DNA from: Pelomyxa schiedti
Lineage: Eukaryota; Protista; Evosea
Assembly (NCBI GenBank): GCA_020536535.1
Contig: JAHLWZ010000492.1
Span: 1-49,336, forward strand
Length of the DNA: 49,336 nucleotides
Direction: 5' to 3'
Under the pieces are notes generated by a model. It had not been told where the DNA came from. It worked only from the letters and a program-made list of their open reading frames with translations, and ran no database searches. The position numbers were made by a program, and so were the translations under genes. Shown here one piece after another: positions 48,639-49,336 of this stretch. How positions within the stretch are numbered: the first letter of the stretch is position 1; each line of letters starts with the position of its first letter.

Positions 48639-49336
48639 GTGGTTGTTGGTTTTACTTCCATTGATTTGCTATTTAAAAATATCGGAGTTTCATTTTAATG
48701 TCGGTGTGCCGTTTCGTGAGACGTGGGCGCACCGTCGACATCCAGTAGAACGAAAAAAACGCTTCAATGAATTTCATCAGTCAGGAGAATGTTTCCCTGG
48801 GCCGGGTCCACTCTGCAACGGAACGTGGCACATCAACACAACCAAGCCTTTCGAGACACACAGAAATTGAAATTTCCTCAGGTGGCCTGTTCCGTGCATC
48901 ACACAACGAGATAGATGTATGTCGACGGGGAGTGCTCTGGTAATCACCTCCCAGTTGTTCAGAACTCTGGGTTTACTCCTGTATCATTGCTATGTCCCTC
49001 TCAAACCCACAACTACAATCAGGTCATACAGCTTCGAACTCAGGTATGTTTGATTCTTTTCACCCAAACTCCCAAGGGCAGACACAACATGGTGGACCAT
49101 ACCCCACATCAGTCACCAAATCACAAACAAGGCAGTGCCCACAAGAAAGAAAGAAGTACTGAAGTCAACAATTACATGGTTAAAAAAGGGGCTGTATATA
49201 CACTGTCAAGGGTTCGTGTCGGCATCAATGTCACTTGGTCCCTCAGTGTCACACGGGGGTACATATCCTGTGCACCTGACCCCATCCTTTACCAGTGGTG
49301 TGCCCTTGTCACCCATGGCTCTGGCACTGATGCAGA

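Noticed and set aside
48800-49336. Possible 5' part of a plus-strand spliced gene at the window end
   Set aside because: Splice-like signals and an open frame exist, but there is no identifiable domain and the frame is ambiguous.

Overview
Eukaryotic, gene-dense DNA with many short (about 30-140 nt) GT-AG introns. It is probably a protist; one gene looks like the expanded family I associate with the archamoeba Pelomyxa, which is inference only. The dominant feature is a ~14.3 kb, apparently intronless, minus-strand gene (4381-18676) for an RNF213/mysterin-like giant AAA+ ATPase/E3 ligase. It has no visible C3HC4 RING, and an RBR-type RING2/IBR-like finger sits where RNF213 has its RZ finger. 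It is split into two ORFs only by a 13-bp tandem duplication and is bracketed by two ~245-bp diverged direct repeats. Other genes, reconstructed by hand across introns: ankyrin + F-box-like protein; TPR protein; SRA/YDG protein; ERGIC3/Erv46-family protein; SH3-CLC-CBS chloride channel with the gating Glu replaced by Gln; coiled-coil EH-domain protein; secreted pectate-lyase-3-type beta-helix protein; lineage-expanded hypothetical protein; dynamin-like GTPase-kinase fusion (DSTYK-like); DCTN3-like protein; Pro/Ser/Thr-rich protein; GYPPP-repeat protein; talin-head FERM protein; and a long coiled-coil protein with FAM21-like acidic motifs, a CPI-like motif and a C-terminal CH domain. Two 100-N gaps have duplicated flanks and are assembly artefacts. 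I saw no rRNA, tRNA, CRISPR array or transposase. Exon boundaries are manual and approximate.
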